DNA of 62,069 nucleotides, filler included, from Choristocarpus tenellus KU-1152 (Eukaryota > Protista > Phaeophyceae): assembly GCA_964200185.2 (NCBI GenBank). It is 14 parts of 14 records of this genome, joined end to end, with 100 filler letters (N's around TTAATTAATTAA, not from the genome) between each part and the next. Parts side by side here need not be neighbours in the genome. Positions count along the whole stretch, not along the records: positions 27,780 to 31,550 come from CAXNAD020018021.1; positions 31,651 to 36,086 come from CAXNAD020014563.1; positions 36,187 to 39,993 come from CAXNAD020017817.1; positions 40,094 to 43,018 come from CAXNAD020023608.1; 10 more parts are not named here. One strand, 5' to 3'. Below the pieces are notes generated by a model, which did no database searches, was not told the DNA's origin, and saw only the letters and a list, made by a program, of their open reading frames with translations. Both the position numbers and the translations under genes were made by a program. Below, piece by piece: positions 28,150 to 40,283 of this stretch (position 1 is the first letter of the stretch; each line of letters opens with the position of its first letter).

Positions 28150-29340
28150 GAGAGATTTGATTGTGGTTTTCCCAGAAAAAAATAATCCAGTTAATTTAAA
28201 TCTGGTATGGGAGGTTGGACTTGAGGATAGTAACGCTTCATTCTACCCAGATGAACGGAAAATGGACGTGAGTTTCCGGGTAGTACTACCCTATACACAA
28301 CGGGTGATACCTTAGAATGTACTTCCTACGGACCCCTCCAAGAGTGAAGTAACTTCGGATTCGGACCATCAGCACTCTCATGTGGTCTATGGACAAGAAC
28401 TTGATCACTAGGTACGAAAACAGGGAACACGAGACGTTGGTTGACGTGCTCCTGATTTTAACGTGTTCATGTACGTTACAGCATGGCAACTCAAAAGCAA
28501 GATGTGAATGTTTTTTTTTGTTTGCTGAGTAAACTCTTCAGTAGTGACATATGAATCAGCATTAGATGAACCAAGGCAACAGGTAAACGAGCTTTTCTTC
28601 CAAACACAAGGGAAAATGGTGTTTCATGAAACTTTACACTGAGTGCTGTGTTATGGGCTAACTGTACGAAAGGCAGTAACTATGCCCAATTATCCTCCGC
28701 AATAGAGATATATATTGCTACATAGAATGCATGTACTCTCTTCTAACAAAGAATTTCCTAGGGGATGATACGGCATGGTTTTGGTTTTCTTGTAACCAAA
28801 GACAGACTGCAACTCTACAACAATACTGTTTTCACATTCGATACCTTGACCGGAGTGTAACAACTCGGGTGGCCCGAAAATTGAACATACACGTTCTACC
28901 AGCATATGAGGAATTGTTGCGGCCTCTTTATTTCGAATAGGGCTCAGCACAACAAAACGAGTGAGGTGACCAATGGAAGACAGCACATATGAGCACATCA
29001 CAACATTTGCTGTTGGGGAACGTATTTTATACTCTACCAAATCAATAGTAAGACGTTGAGATGGTCTGTCAACGGGCATATAGCCAGTGGGAAGCGTACC
29101 GTTGTTATGAGCAGTCTTACGCGTTTGGCATGCTTGACAATCATGACACCATGGACAAACATCGATATTGAACGTTGGCCACCAATGAGTCTCTAACCTT
29201 ATCGGACGTAGGTTTGAAACGTACGTGACCTCCAGGCAATGCATGATCAGGGCAACCATGGAGTACAAGACGGACTAAGTAACGAGGGACAACAATCTGG
29301 TCTTTAAACGTGCTCCTCTTACGAAGATGGTCTGGTAAAT
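28150..29340 (-). mobile_element. decayed Ty3/gypsy LTR-retrotransposon integrase
   Basis: WWPT...CHDCQACQTRK (zinc-binding region), RPSQRLTIDLVE, HLTRFVVL, IFGPPELLHSGQG.E.EN, TMPYHPLGNSLLE; downstream YRVVLPGNSRPFSVHLGRMK. Catalytic residues degraded. Confidence 0.85.
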
Positions 29341-30099
29341 AAGAACTATATAGTAAGCCATTACGAAGAAAAAATACAACATTGACCGTCTTCTACTGAT
29401 AAAAAGAAGAAATATAGAAACAAAAGGTAAACAACAGAACAACAGAACAGACTTGAATCAATGTGATGCAACACAAGTGACGCACACTATTCCTGTGTGT
29501 GGGATATGGAACACTGTTCTATACTGACGTGTTCTGACAGTAATTGATGTACTGATGATGAACTAGTGAGAGTAACGACCAGTATGTAACGAACCAATCA
29601 ACGGTGAGTATTGACTGGTGGTATTGTACCATATCAAAATAAATGAGGGTGCAGGAGGCAAAATGTCGATAGCAGACATGCCCGTACCTGCCCCAGGGCA
29701 GGAGACCAGGTGTGACAATACACCCCTATGGCGAAACGCCTCAGCCAACTATGCAAGGGGAGGGCATCCCTTGTACTACGGAGGATGGTAACCCCTTCAC
29801 TGTGGGCAGGAATTATGCAAAATAGGACAATAGTGAGGTGTACCTTATTTTGTGTATGGAAGATGTAACTGATGAGATAGTACATCCGGATTATAAATGG
29901 GAATATGTATGGGTTTTTATTCTGCATTCAACTGCTTTGAAATAACCGTTGACTCATGCATGAAACACAAATAATAATAAAACAAGCAATGAAGACACCC
30001 CACAAAGATCACTCTTCTAATTTCAACCATGTAATCACGTTCAGCAATGAATGTGTAACCGTGTGAGGCTTCGCATCTTGTTGTCTTCACTACTGAAAA

Positions 30100-30570
30100 A
30101 TAGCATTACCTCCCAAGGTAAATTGCACAGGAATTTCCGCACGGATAGAGTTTTCCATGCAGGGGTCGTTGCAGACGTAGGATCAGCCCCCTACCAGGAA
30201 AAAACCCTTCTCCACGATGTTACGTTCACGGAACTACAGGCAACCTCCCACCTCCCACACTCATCACTCACCCACCAGCAATGGTGTAGCTCTGCTGCTG
30301 CAGCTGAGGCTCGAAAGCGCACCCACTAGGAGGTCTCTTTTGACCCTCGTAGTTATAACCTCAACACCTTCCTGGGGGAAATTTTTGGGTGCCTCGGCAA
30401 GCAAGCGCAACGTTTCCTGGATGAGCTAGCTATATACGCGGTAGGGGGGAGAGGAATGGTAGGCTACAGCAGAAAAGGCGCCGTCAAATCACACCATATA
30501 ATCTCAATCACAACGCAAGTAGCCCTATCTAGACGGGTCATGCGTTTAAAGCTGGAGCTACTGGGGTAGG
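30100..30570 (+). mobile_element. C-terminal restriction-like endonuclease region of a CRE-like non-LTR retrotransposon (pseudogenised)
   Basis: LLHDVTFTELQATSH...SAAAAEARKRTH, then GCLGKQAQRFLDELA...ISITTQVALSRRV, interrupted by stops and frameshifts. Matches the DVT...AE..K..HY...G..G..A..FL..LA pattern of RLE-clade elements. Confidence 0.6.
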
Positions 30571-32039
30571 AAACAGAGGATATGGTACTATCGAAAATGA
30601 GCAAGAAGTGGAGGTCACGGGTCATAATTCAGGATGTATTTTGGGTGAGTGGTATTCCAAGCCGAATAATGCGCACTGGGAGCCTCCAACGATATGGCGG
30701 AGATTTTAGGGATTCCGATCAAGAACAAGCTACTGGTTGACTTTGTGGAACGGTCTGCAGATTAATCTGGAAAAATGGAGGATATTTCTACACCTCAAGG
30801 GAAATTACTTGGCTCCTTCTCTCTAAGGAGTTGGATCTAGCCCTGTGACAGGTGAGTGGTAGTCGTAGAGGAGTGCCATCGCAGCAAGCACCTCAGATGC
30901 AGCTGCTCCTCTCCGCACTGGTGGAGTTCTAGTTACTGCCTCTGCTGATATCCTGCTCCCGTTGGTGGTAGGTACAGCGTTTGCTTTTTCCACTCTGGAA
31001 GCAATAATCTTGGCATCTCCAATCGATGAGCATGCCCCCTTAGGGTCAAGTGTGGTAACTGCCCATGTCCATCTGGCGCAGGCTTGGTCACAGCTGCAGG
31101 TCCAACTGCATTGTCTCGATTGTCTCTGTCATCTTATACAGGGATCAGCTCGTTTGGAAAAGCGGCTCTTGTATGTGGATCTTGTGCAATATAGGCTGAT
31201 AGTCTATATGGTTTATACGTGTTTAGTGAACACTACGAGACAACAGGAATGTTGGCTAAGTGGAACAAGTGTCATTGACTTGTGTTCGTGTGCTTAAAGT
31301 AAAGAGGTCGAATCGCAGATGATCGATTTCTTATTGCTTGATATAAATGGACTGATGGAGGAGTTCTGACATAATACTAGCTACACAGGATAAGTGACAT
31401 AGTACGATGTAACGGCAGGACACGTCTTGATGTGTCAGCTGATGAGTCAGCTGATGAGTCAGCTGATATATGTAATAAACAATAAGATAATAAGAGAGAG
31501 CACCCCCCACCACCGAGGGCTGTGCTCACTCCGCTAATAAACATGTCCATNNNNNNNNNNNNNNNNNNNNNNNNNNNNNNNNNNNNNNNNNNNNTTAATT
31601 AATTAANNNNNNNNNNNNNNNNNNNNNNNNNNNNNNNNNNNNNNNNNNNNCTGTAGACCTCCCCCCCTCCCCAGATACTTTGGGTCTCCTATTGCCTTGT
31701 TTTCCTTTTTTTTTTTTTCATTTTCTTCATCACAATCCCTGCAACATGTCAGTGGGCACAATGATACATATAGTTCGACAAAGTATACGATTTGATTACT
31801 TATTTTAGCGAGTCTATACATCGTCATCATGGTCGTTCTAGAATCGTGCTTTTTTTGGTGTGAGATTTTTTGGCGAACTTGACAATCTTAGAGAACGTAG
31901 TACCTAGTAGTGTCCAAGACTGATCGCTGCGCCTCCTCAATAAAACGTGTGTTGTAAAAGCGTGTGTTGAACGGTGTGATACCATTCAGAACATGGATCA
32001 TTTGAGTTATTATATAACATATACATGATACTCACTCCA

Positions 32040-32166
32040 AAACGTACACATTCTACCTACTTCGAAACATTTCCGAATAGGAAGAGGTCATAAAAAAAAC
32101 AGTGAGAAGCCAAGCCCCAAAAAGACAAACAGGGCAAAACTCATACCCTCTAAGATACTTTCACTC
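32040..32166 (-). mobile_element. MITE family A, truncated copy
   Basis: Ends ...agggcaaaactcataccctctaagatactttcactc, matching the same end of copy 1; the other half is missing. Confidence 0.8.
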
Positions 32167-33767
32167 GGATCTCATTTCTGGTCGATGTGGAGGCATTATT
32201 ACTTGTGATCGAACCAAAAGAGGTTATTGTTAGGGATGACAACATCACAGATAGGGGTGATATCCGGCTGGCATGATGGCCGACAGGGATGCTCAAGGAG
32301 GGGATGTTGGTTTGGCGATGGGAGTAGGAGAGTCCAGTACTCCTTCCCCACCTACACCATGGTAATATCTTGTCCTCCCAGAACTGCACAAACTGAAACC
32401 TCGATTTCATTTGCTCAAGTGGATGCTCCATCAAGCACACAGACAGTTTGATAGCAGTAGTCCACTGTTGGACCTACCATCCAGGATGAAGATGTTTATT
32501 GTGAAACAGGGTGTGGTGGTTGATTCAATAAGACAATCTTTGGGGAGAGGAGCTTGGGGATTGAACTATTTGTGGAGGGGATGATAACCTACAGTCCATG
32601 GCAGATAGCCAATATGCACGTTTATATGATCAAGTTGGACACTGGATGGTTAGATTTATCTCAGGTACTTTCCTCAGATGGGGTAACCTTTCCAGGATGT
32701 TCTTGGTCAACTGGTGACACAAGCGTCATCGCAACGACTTTGTTTTATTGGCGTATCAATAGAAATATAGGTGAGTTGTAATAGACTGAAAACAGGGCTA
32801 AAATGCAAAACAACCAAAATCTGGGTACGTTTCATTTATTTTGGCTGACACTGACCAGAAACAAGAAACCAACTCTGTCCATTTTGTCTTGCATTTCAAA
32901 AACCAAGAAAACCGACGATGACACACACAGCTGGAACTACTCCTATACTGGCACTATGAAGGTGGTCTACAAACAAGGGAAGAGTACTGTAAGTCTGTCG
33001 AGTCCTACCTCACCCACTGACGACTCTGTGCCTCTAGGTTGAAACGAATGGCACACCCTGAAATCGTCACTTACTTGTGCTGTGATGGACACGATCTGTA
33101 ACGGGCATGCCTTAGTGCTATTTACCAAAACCCTCACTTTTTATGGGTATGTATTTTTGTATTGATGTCGTATGTCGCATGGAATTCGTATTGGCTTTAA
33201 TATCAAGGTTGGGGGGTAGGGGTTAAGGATTAAGGTTAATAACGTGCAGGTTAGGGATATTGTATATTATTATTGGTATGAGTTGGTCTCGAAAATGAAA
33301 TAATTATTTTGCACCGTAGTTGCAAAACACAAAACCACAAGAAGATCATAACATTCCCATTCCGCGTTACCCCAATCTCTGCGACACATCCTGGGCTAAT
33401 CCGTCGTCCCAAAGTGAAATATTTGAAGCGCAAGCACAACCAAGACTCCTTATTGCTTGAGTTGTCGGAGTAGCTGGTTTTGCAGTTCACCAAGTGAGGA
33501 ACGATAGGATTTGCTAAGACATTTTTCGCATAAGAAACTGTGTAACCGCCTGAAGCGTAGCATTTGCCTGGCCCTCTCTTGGCGCCCATTCCCTCGTTTT
33601 GATCTGATCAGTGTTCAGGGAACTGTTTTGCAACTTGTGGTGAGAGTATCAAACCTCAAGTCATGACGTGATCCTCCAATACATAGCCATCAATCCGCCT
33701 AAGCTACGCACGCAACTCCTCTATTTCGTGTTCGTTCTCGGTTGTCACTCTGGCCCGACCTCAGAGG

Positions 33768-35698
33768 ATGAAGGCAGTCACCTTGACCATCGCGGCATTC
33801 CTGTCGTACGTAAACATGTCTGTAGGACATTTGTTCATGATGAAACCCTTCAGTCGACAATATCTCAAAACCTCTGCTTTCGAGGGATCAGCTGGGTGAG
33901 CTGAGTAGCGATCGGCGTTCTTCGATTGCATGGGTTTCTTCTGCAACACACATCATCTAACTTGTTGGTCAAACTATAATTATACTGTACTTGATGCTTT
34001 GGGCGTGATTTAGTTACATTCTAGGTCCTCACGTTCCTTTTCTGTGCTCCCTCACATGTTGCCTACCTTATCCAGAGCTACGGAGTATTGCCCCCATTGC
34101 CTTCAGGGCAGAGGTGCAGTAAACGTCAGGAATCGCGCTGAGAAACTTACTGACCCTGAGTGGCTGGAGTCCTATGGAGAAGGTAGATGGCCACTCAAGT
34201 ACCTTTACGACCAAGGTATGGTGGCTAGCAATGGCAACTACCTTGAGCCCCAAGAGATTGCTGTGAGGCACGGTATCTGTGGAGATCCATCTCAGGTAAT
34301 ACTTCAGAATTACCATTTCCACGAGGAAAAAATTTCGTCTCAACTACGTCCGTATCTCCCAAGTGAGACGCTTTCCATTCAAACATGTCGGTAGGGTCTA
34401 GCCTGGGAGGACTGCAGACCTCAAGCTCTGTCGAAGAGGTCGTTCAAAGCCCACCTCAAGTAGCATACACTTGCACGGGGACTACTATCCAATTGAACAT
34501 TTTTTCCCATTGTGCTTCTACCACTTCAGGTAGCACCAGAAGAAGACAACCGCTACGGCATTGCCAACTCCAACTTCCAGGTGGTTGAGAACTATGCGGA
34601 AGGCTCTGCCATTGAAATCAAAACCATAACCAGCACCTACCACTGGGTGAGTTCAATACTTCCTGGTGGGATGAGGCAGGGAAATCAATATCAAATACAC
34701 CTGTCGGCCATGCACTACTATCCCACGTGAAATCTCGAATCATGCTGGTGGATAGTCAAGTGGTTTGTTTAGTATGCCTTCGGGTACCCAAAACGATCTT
34801 CTCCTATAATCAAAATATCCTATAAGAGGGTAAATTTTTGTCGATTCAAATTGATAAGGCCTTTTTGAACCTATCGCCGACCCCACCTTTTAGCTAATAG
34901 TTGATCTATGTTCTATCTGTTTGCTGTGGCAGTGGCAAATGAGACGCTCTGGCTAGAGATATCATCGTGGGTTTGAGAGTGGAGGGGATATGAAAGTGAT
35001 TGAAAAGACGAGAAGGTGGTTTTCCCTGCAGATCCCTATGATTCAGAGTGGAAGTATCGTAGAGGGTACGAGTTTTGCCATGTTTGTCCGTTTGGGGTTT
35101 GGCTTACCACGGGGTGTTTTTTATGAAATTTTACCTACTCCAATTTTTTTAGGAGTAGGTAAATTGTGTGCGTTATGAAAAAGTGTGGTCAGAAAAAGGA
35201 TATTGACAATTCCTAACAAACATGATAACCAAAATTACATCAAAATTGCAACATTGGATTTTTGGCCCTCAAATGGACGCGGCTCTACCCTCTAAGATAC
35301 TTTGGCTCTCAACCAAACTCCCAAATGTATCAGTACAGTGGCACTAATGGGGAGCACTGTAATCCTTTTCACTAAACCACCTTACTTTTGAAACCACCAC
35401 CCCCAGGGCCATCTCGAGTACTTCATCTGTGATGCCAAGGATCTTGACGATGCTAATGGCCCAGTGATCCAAGAGTGCTTCAACAAGCACCCACTCTCTC
35501 GTGCCCCACAAAGTGAGGCTGCCAGCCCCCTTGATCCCGCCCACTCAGGGCGCTACTTCCTTGACCCACCTTGCAGGGCCAGTGAGACAGATCAGACAAG
35601 GGAACCTGAGGACGGCTATTGGGGTCAGGTCTCTACAATGCACTATTTACTTCCTGCCGGCCTCACCTGTGAACGGTGCATCCTGCAGATGATCTACT
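33768..35698 (+). CDS. secreted copper-dependent lytic polysaccharide monooxygenase-like protein (LPMO_10/AA15-like fold), 3'-partial
   Basis: Exons 33768-33895, 34076-34295, 34530-34646, 35407-35698 join in frame. Signal peptide MKAVTLTIAAFLSYVNMSVG precedes His1 (HLFMMKPFSRQ); then YCPHCL, HGICGDP, TYHWGHLEYFICD, QECFNKHPL, YLLPAGLTCERCILQMIY. Confidence 0.85.
35046..35308 (+). mobile_element. MITE family A, copy in LPMO intron 3
   Basis: GAGTGGAAGTATCGTAGAGGGT...ACCCTCTAAGATACTTTGGCTC; flanked by TCA/TCA. Confidence 0.9.
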
Positions 35699-35824
35699 GT
35701 GAGTTGTGCTTGGGGCAAGAGATAGAGTGAGTTATGTGCTTCACTGCAAGTTCAGCAACATGCAACAGTTCATTGATTTGTTGAAATAATGATCACCTTT
35801 GAAGTATTTCGTGTGCTGCACCAA

Positions 35825-35980
35825 GAGTCAAAAGTAAGCGAAAGGTACACCCAGGGTTGCATCTGTAAGGGTGATGACAAACATGTGCAAATTTTGGCTT
35901 TTTATATACAAATTCATGTAGGGAATTTTTTGAATTATGTCAAAAGGACTTTTTTCTGAATGTATAAACAATAGAGAAAT
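35825..35980 (+). mobile_element. MITE family D partial copy, followed by a C-like terminus at 35988-36086
   Basis: Aligns with 44457-44600 (gagtcaaa(a)gtaa.cga.aggtac...ggtg.tgacaaa..tgtgcaaatttt). Confidence 0.7.
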
Positions 35981-36339
35981 CAATGCTGGATGAAAGTATC
36001 TGGGGGGGGGGGGTGTCAGCGTCCGTTTTTCACCCTATTTTCGATTTTCACTTTTTGTGATTTGGTCGCACGAGTCATATTTTAAANNNNNNNNNNNNNN
36101 NNNNNNNNNNNNNNNNNNNNNNNNNNNNNNTTAATTAATTAANNNNNNNNNNNNNNNNNNNNNNNNNNNNNNNNNNNNNNNNNNNNGTGTTAGGGTTGGG
36201 CTACAAGGGCTCCGAAGCCCGAAAGAAGGTAACCCATTTCCGGCACTCAACGAGGAAATGTGATAGTAAAGGCTCTAACACTGCGAATCCTGTACCTGTG
36301 TATGAACGACGGGAAAGACCATCAAAAGGGCTCAAGATG

Positions 36340-36540
36340 GCAGTAGGATATGCGATGGTCAGGTCGGAACCTGTGAGTAAATATGGGAGAGAGACTTCCT
36401 AACTAAGGGCCACATCAAGGTGTCAGAGCAAGGGCGCTACAAGAGGCATTTCGTTCTGGGCGTCGACGAGGACATCCTTGCCGAGGTCAAAGAGTGGGTG
36501 CTCGAACACACAGGAAGAAAGGGTGGGGAGGCTTTTTTCT
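36340..36540 (+). mobile_element. possible N-terminal fragment of a Tc1/IS630-like transposase
   Basis: An unlisted frame reads IWERDFLTKGHIKVSEQGRYKRHFVLGVDEDILAEVKEWVLEHTGRKGGE. Family assignment is from motif memory only. Confidence 0.3.
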
Positions 36541-36879
36541 CGGCTAAACCCTATTCTTGAATCAAGTAATAGTGCATCTGTTGACACTCTTGGTGACCTA
36601 CAATACAGGGTTCGAACCCAAATATGAGTGCTCTTTCTTCAAAAATAGAAAAATGGAGCAGAAAAATCGAATCCCGTACTCTAGAGGGCATTGTGACAGG
36701 CATCACGAATATGCTTTTATTTTTTAAATCCGATGTGTACATCAAATGTTATGACGGGACAACCCCAGACGCATAAGCTATTGGTACCACTATAGCAGTC
36801 TTTTGTCTATCAGTACTGTATAATAGAGCACATACAGTATATCAGATCAAGGGTTAGACGACTGCATTGTACAGATACA

Positions 36880-39800
36880 ACGATACCCTGCGCAGCGGGA
36901 TCCAACTGCAACATGCAGGGTAATACTCCTGGTCCACCACACTATACATGTCATAAGTGTTGTGTTTGTAGCGGCTATCTCCATGACATATGCGAGGTCG
37001 TGGATCCTTTTGGTGTCAGCGAAATGAAACGCGTGCCCAAATTGTGCGTGAGCCCCACCAAGCGTAATGTTTCGAGTCCTCCAGCTGGTGACAACACGGC
37101 GTCAAAGCGCCATGATAACAAGAACAAGGGCAAGCGGAAGGTGCTGCCAAATGTATCTATGGAGAAAGCCGCGTCCTACAAGCCTCGCAGTACTGACAGT
37201 CGTAAACGCTTGAGCCTTGCAGAGAAGGTGGAAGCATTGAAACTCCTGAAGACCATGACGGGAACTGCGGTTGCTCAAAAGGTTAGAGTCGGTCACAGCA
37301 CCCTCTACCAGTTGAAGAAGGAGGCAACAAACATCATGGAGCAAGCACAGACACTGAAGCCTGAAGCCAAGTCTACGACGGGCACCAAACATACAGAGGT
37401 GCGTCAGCGTGTGGATTGAAACTCTGAAAGTAGGTTGATTGTGATTGTGATTGAATTGTCCTTATGCACTGTCTGCTGATGAGGATCATAATTTGAATTT
37501 TGAAATGTTGCGCTCGTTTCTGTCGTACTTTCATGTCTGTACTGTGTACTGTAGAATCACAGACGACCATTTTTTTGTAGAGGTAACGTCCCACAAAAGG
37601 TGTCCATATGGGATTAATATATAGAGACACCTTGTACAAGGTGTCACAAGGTGCAAAATTGCCACCCGTGATGTAGCCTCCTACACTTCAAAATGGCAGT
37701 TCATGTTTAATCTGTCTAGTACCCTCCATACACTGGGTGTAAAACATAAGGCTCAAAGTATTTCGGGGGGGTGGTGGCTGTCAATTCGGGGCTCATTTTT
37801 CCATGTCGCGATTTTTGGGTGATTTGGTTGTATGCATTGAATGGATAAGCTCACTTCTCCTGGTCAGGCCCCGAATGGACAACCTGGTGTAGATCCCCAC
37901 CCCCATATACTTTGAACGATAAACGTGTTGTGCTGTATAGTTGGTGTGTAGTGCGCCTAGAGTTACCTCTCGCAGTTACGCCGTATACAGTACTGAACCG
38001 TATAATTTGCTGCCGTAGTACAGCATAGTAGTCCAATACTGTACTGTACTGCATCAATTCTTGTCGATTTGGGTCCCTCTGCCAATTTTTTTACATATTT
38101 GATTCGTGTCATAATCCGACATGAAAGATCAAACACCTTGCTTCGGTCGGTGTTCACCCATACAATTATAATTTTCACCATGTGGCACTGTATCTGCAAG
38201 CGTGTCCTGCCAAGACTCAACATTAAGCAGTTTTGTATCGCCCATCCTCCCGCCAATGTCATGCCCATCCGCCGTCCCATAGGTGGATAACACAGAGTCT
38301 TGGAACTATTTCAAGTGGCAAGAGCTGCAAGACTGCCTGTTTCTCGAGCTACCCTTCAGTCGTTCAAGCGGAAGGCTTGCTCCGCTTTTGTGAGTGGAGT
38401 AAGAACAGACGAGGAGCGAGCCACGTATTGAGACTTTGTTGCGTCGGATGGCTCGTTAAGAAATTTTCTTGCCTGCAATAAGCTAGTGAGCAAGGCTCTT
38501 CATGGAGAGGCGGACAGTGTCAACGATGCAGCCATTGCCAACGGTCTGAAAAACGTTGGCGTAGTGTGTGCCAAGTACGACCCAGAGTGTATCTTCAACA
38601 TGGATGAAACTGGGTTGTTTTACCACGTCCTACCGAAGCAGTCCTTTCTCGCGCCTGACCAGACCAGGGAGACCGTGCGGGAGTCAAAGGCGATGCATGC
38701 AAAGGATCGGGTGACAGCCTATATCATGACCAACGTTACTGGATCTCAGGAGGTACCCCTATCGTTCATTGGCACCTCCAAGAATCGGAGGTGCTTTTTG
38801 TCTCCGCAAACCTCCCATCACCTACTTCTCTCAGACCAATGCCTGGTCCAATATGCGCGTGTTCAAGCTGTGGTGGACAACAATGTGTTTGCCTTACATG
38901 CGGAAGTTTACAATCAAAGATGTCCACATCCTTATGGGCAGCAGCCATGAGGGGGTCGAAGATCCAAGGGGGCAAGTGATCTTCCTGGAGCTACTGCCCA
39001 ACTGCACCAGCAAACACCAGCCGATGGACCAAGGCATTATAGCGACTTGGAAGGTTAATTACAGGACAAAGCTACTGTCGACCCGAGTGCACACAATGTC
39101 GTTTTCTGCACAACTTCGTGAGCAGGCAAACAAACAGAATATGGTATCGGGTATGATGGGGCTGGCGGAAGGGTGTCACCTGTACGTCTTAGATGCAGCA
39201 GAAATCGGCCATGGAGCATGGGAGACGATCTCTGAGCAAACCATCACCAGGTCTGTGCCATGTCATTTAGTAAGCAGCATATAGTATTCTGTTGTGCCCT
39301 GCCAAAGCACGTGTTTCTTTTCCCCTGTCATATGTTCAATTATTGGAAGGCATCTTTACCCTACCGCTGCACCCCTTCATGTGTTCTAGATCGGTTCCAT
39401 CCACTCACTATCTGCTCCCCTCTCTATTGGCAATCTTTGTGTGTGCATTTTATTCCACGCTAGGTGCTGTATCAAGGCCAACATCCTCCTTGCACCTGTC
39501 CAAGCGGAGCTGACCTCAAAGTTTGGCAATACTACTTGTACCTCCAACAAGTTCATCTCCAGCACTGACAACTCTCTTGAGGATGCCCAAGAGCTAATGC
39601 ACATCATGCAGCGCTTGAGTGTCGGCATGAGGAGCGCCGATGTTGATGAGGATCTCTCTGATGCTCTTGACGCTCTGCACCTCAAACCTGGCGGAAAACC
39701 GCCTCATGGTTCCATCGACTCAGCGAGAGCGTGGATCAGTGTGGAAGACAATGATGAAGTGGCCAATGCAATACTAAAGGACATGAAAGACCAGCTGCTC

Positions 39801-39968
39801 GAGGAATCCTTGTACCAGTCAGACAATGAAAGCTCAGGTGACGAGGATGACGATGGGTTTATGGGAGGGGACAGTGCATCAGGGATCGTGAGGAAAGGAA
39901 CAGCCTTTTCAGTGTTCTCGATTTTTCCACCGCCGTACTCTCAAGTAGCTGATGAGTTTGCAAGCTTA
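36880..39968 (+). mobile_element. pogo/Tigger-family (CENP-B/DDE_1) transposase pseudogene with introns
   Basis: HTH RKRLSLAEKVEALKLL...VGHSTLYQLKK; DFVASDGSLRNF...LHGEA; IFNMDETGLFY; AKDRVT; LPNCTSKHQPMDQGIIATWKVNYR; TITR|CCIKANIL across an intron at ~39251-39463; acidic tail. Frameshifts at ~38400 and ~38795. Confidence 0.88.
37750..37848 (+). mobile_element. MITE family B fragment inside the pogo element
   Basis: GGCTCAAAGTATTTCGGGG...GGCTGTCAATTCGGGG...TTCCATGTCGCGAT aligns with 47039-47140 and with the reverse complement of 43119-43174. Confidence 0.75.
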
Positions 39969-40283
39969 GACCCTAAGTATCTGGGGGGGGGGGNNNNNNN
40001 NNNNNNNNNNNNNNNNNNNNNNNNNNNNNNNNNNNNNTTAATTAATTAANNNNNNNNNNNNNNNNNNNNNNNNNNNNNNNNNNNNNNNNNNNNCACACCC
40101 CACCCCACCTCACCCTCTGCTCCACTCCAACCCATCTCACCCCACCTCCCATCCCAGTCACCACCACCTGCCCCCACTACCCCCCCTCCCTCCACAGAAA
40201 ATCTAGGCTACCTACCACCATATCCACGTCTGCCTTGGGGGGTCCATACTCTAAGTGTAGCATCTGCCCTTGACCAAGTCCAG

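Noticed and set aside
32170-33050. Possible exons upstream of the LPMO gene
   Set aside because: Candidate splice sites exist, but the joins hit stops and no motif is recognisable.
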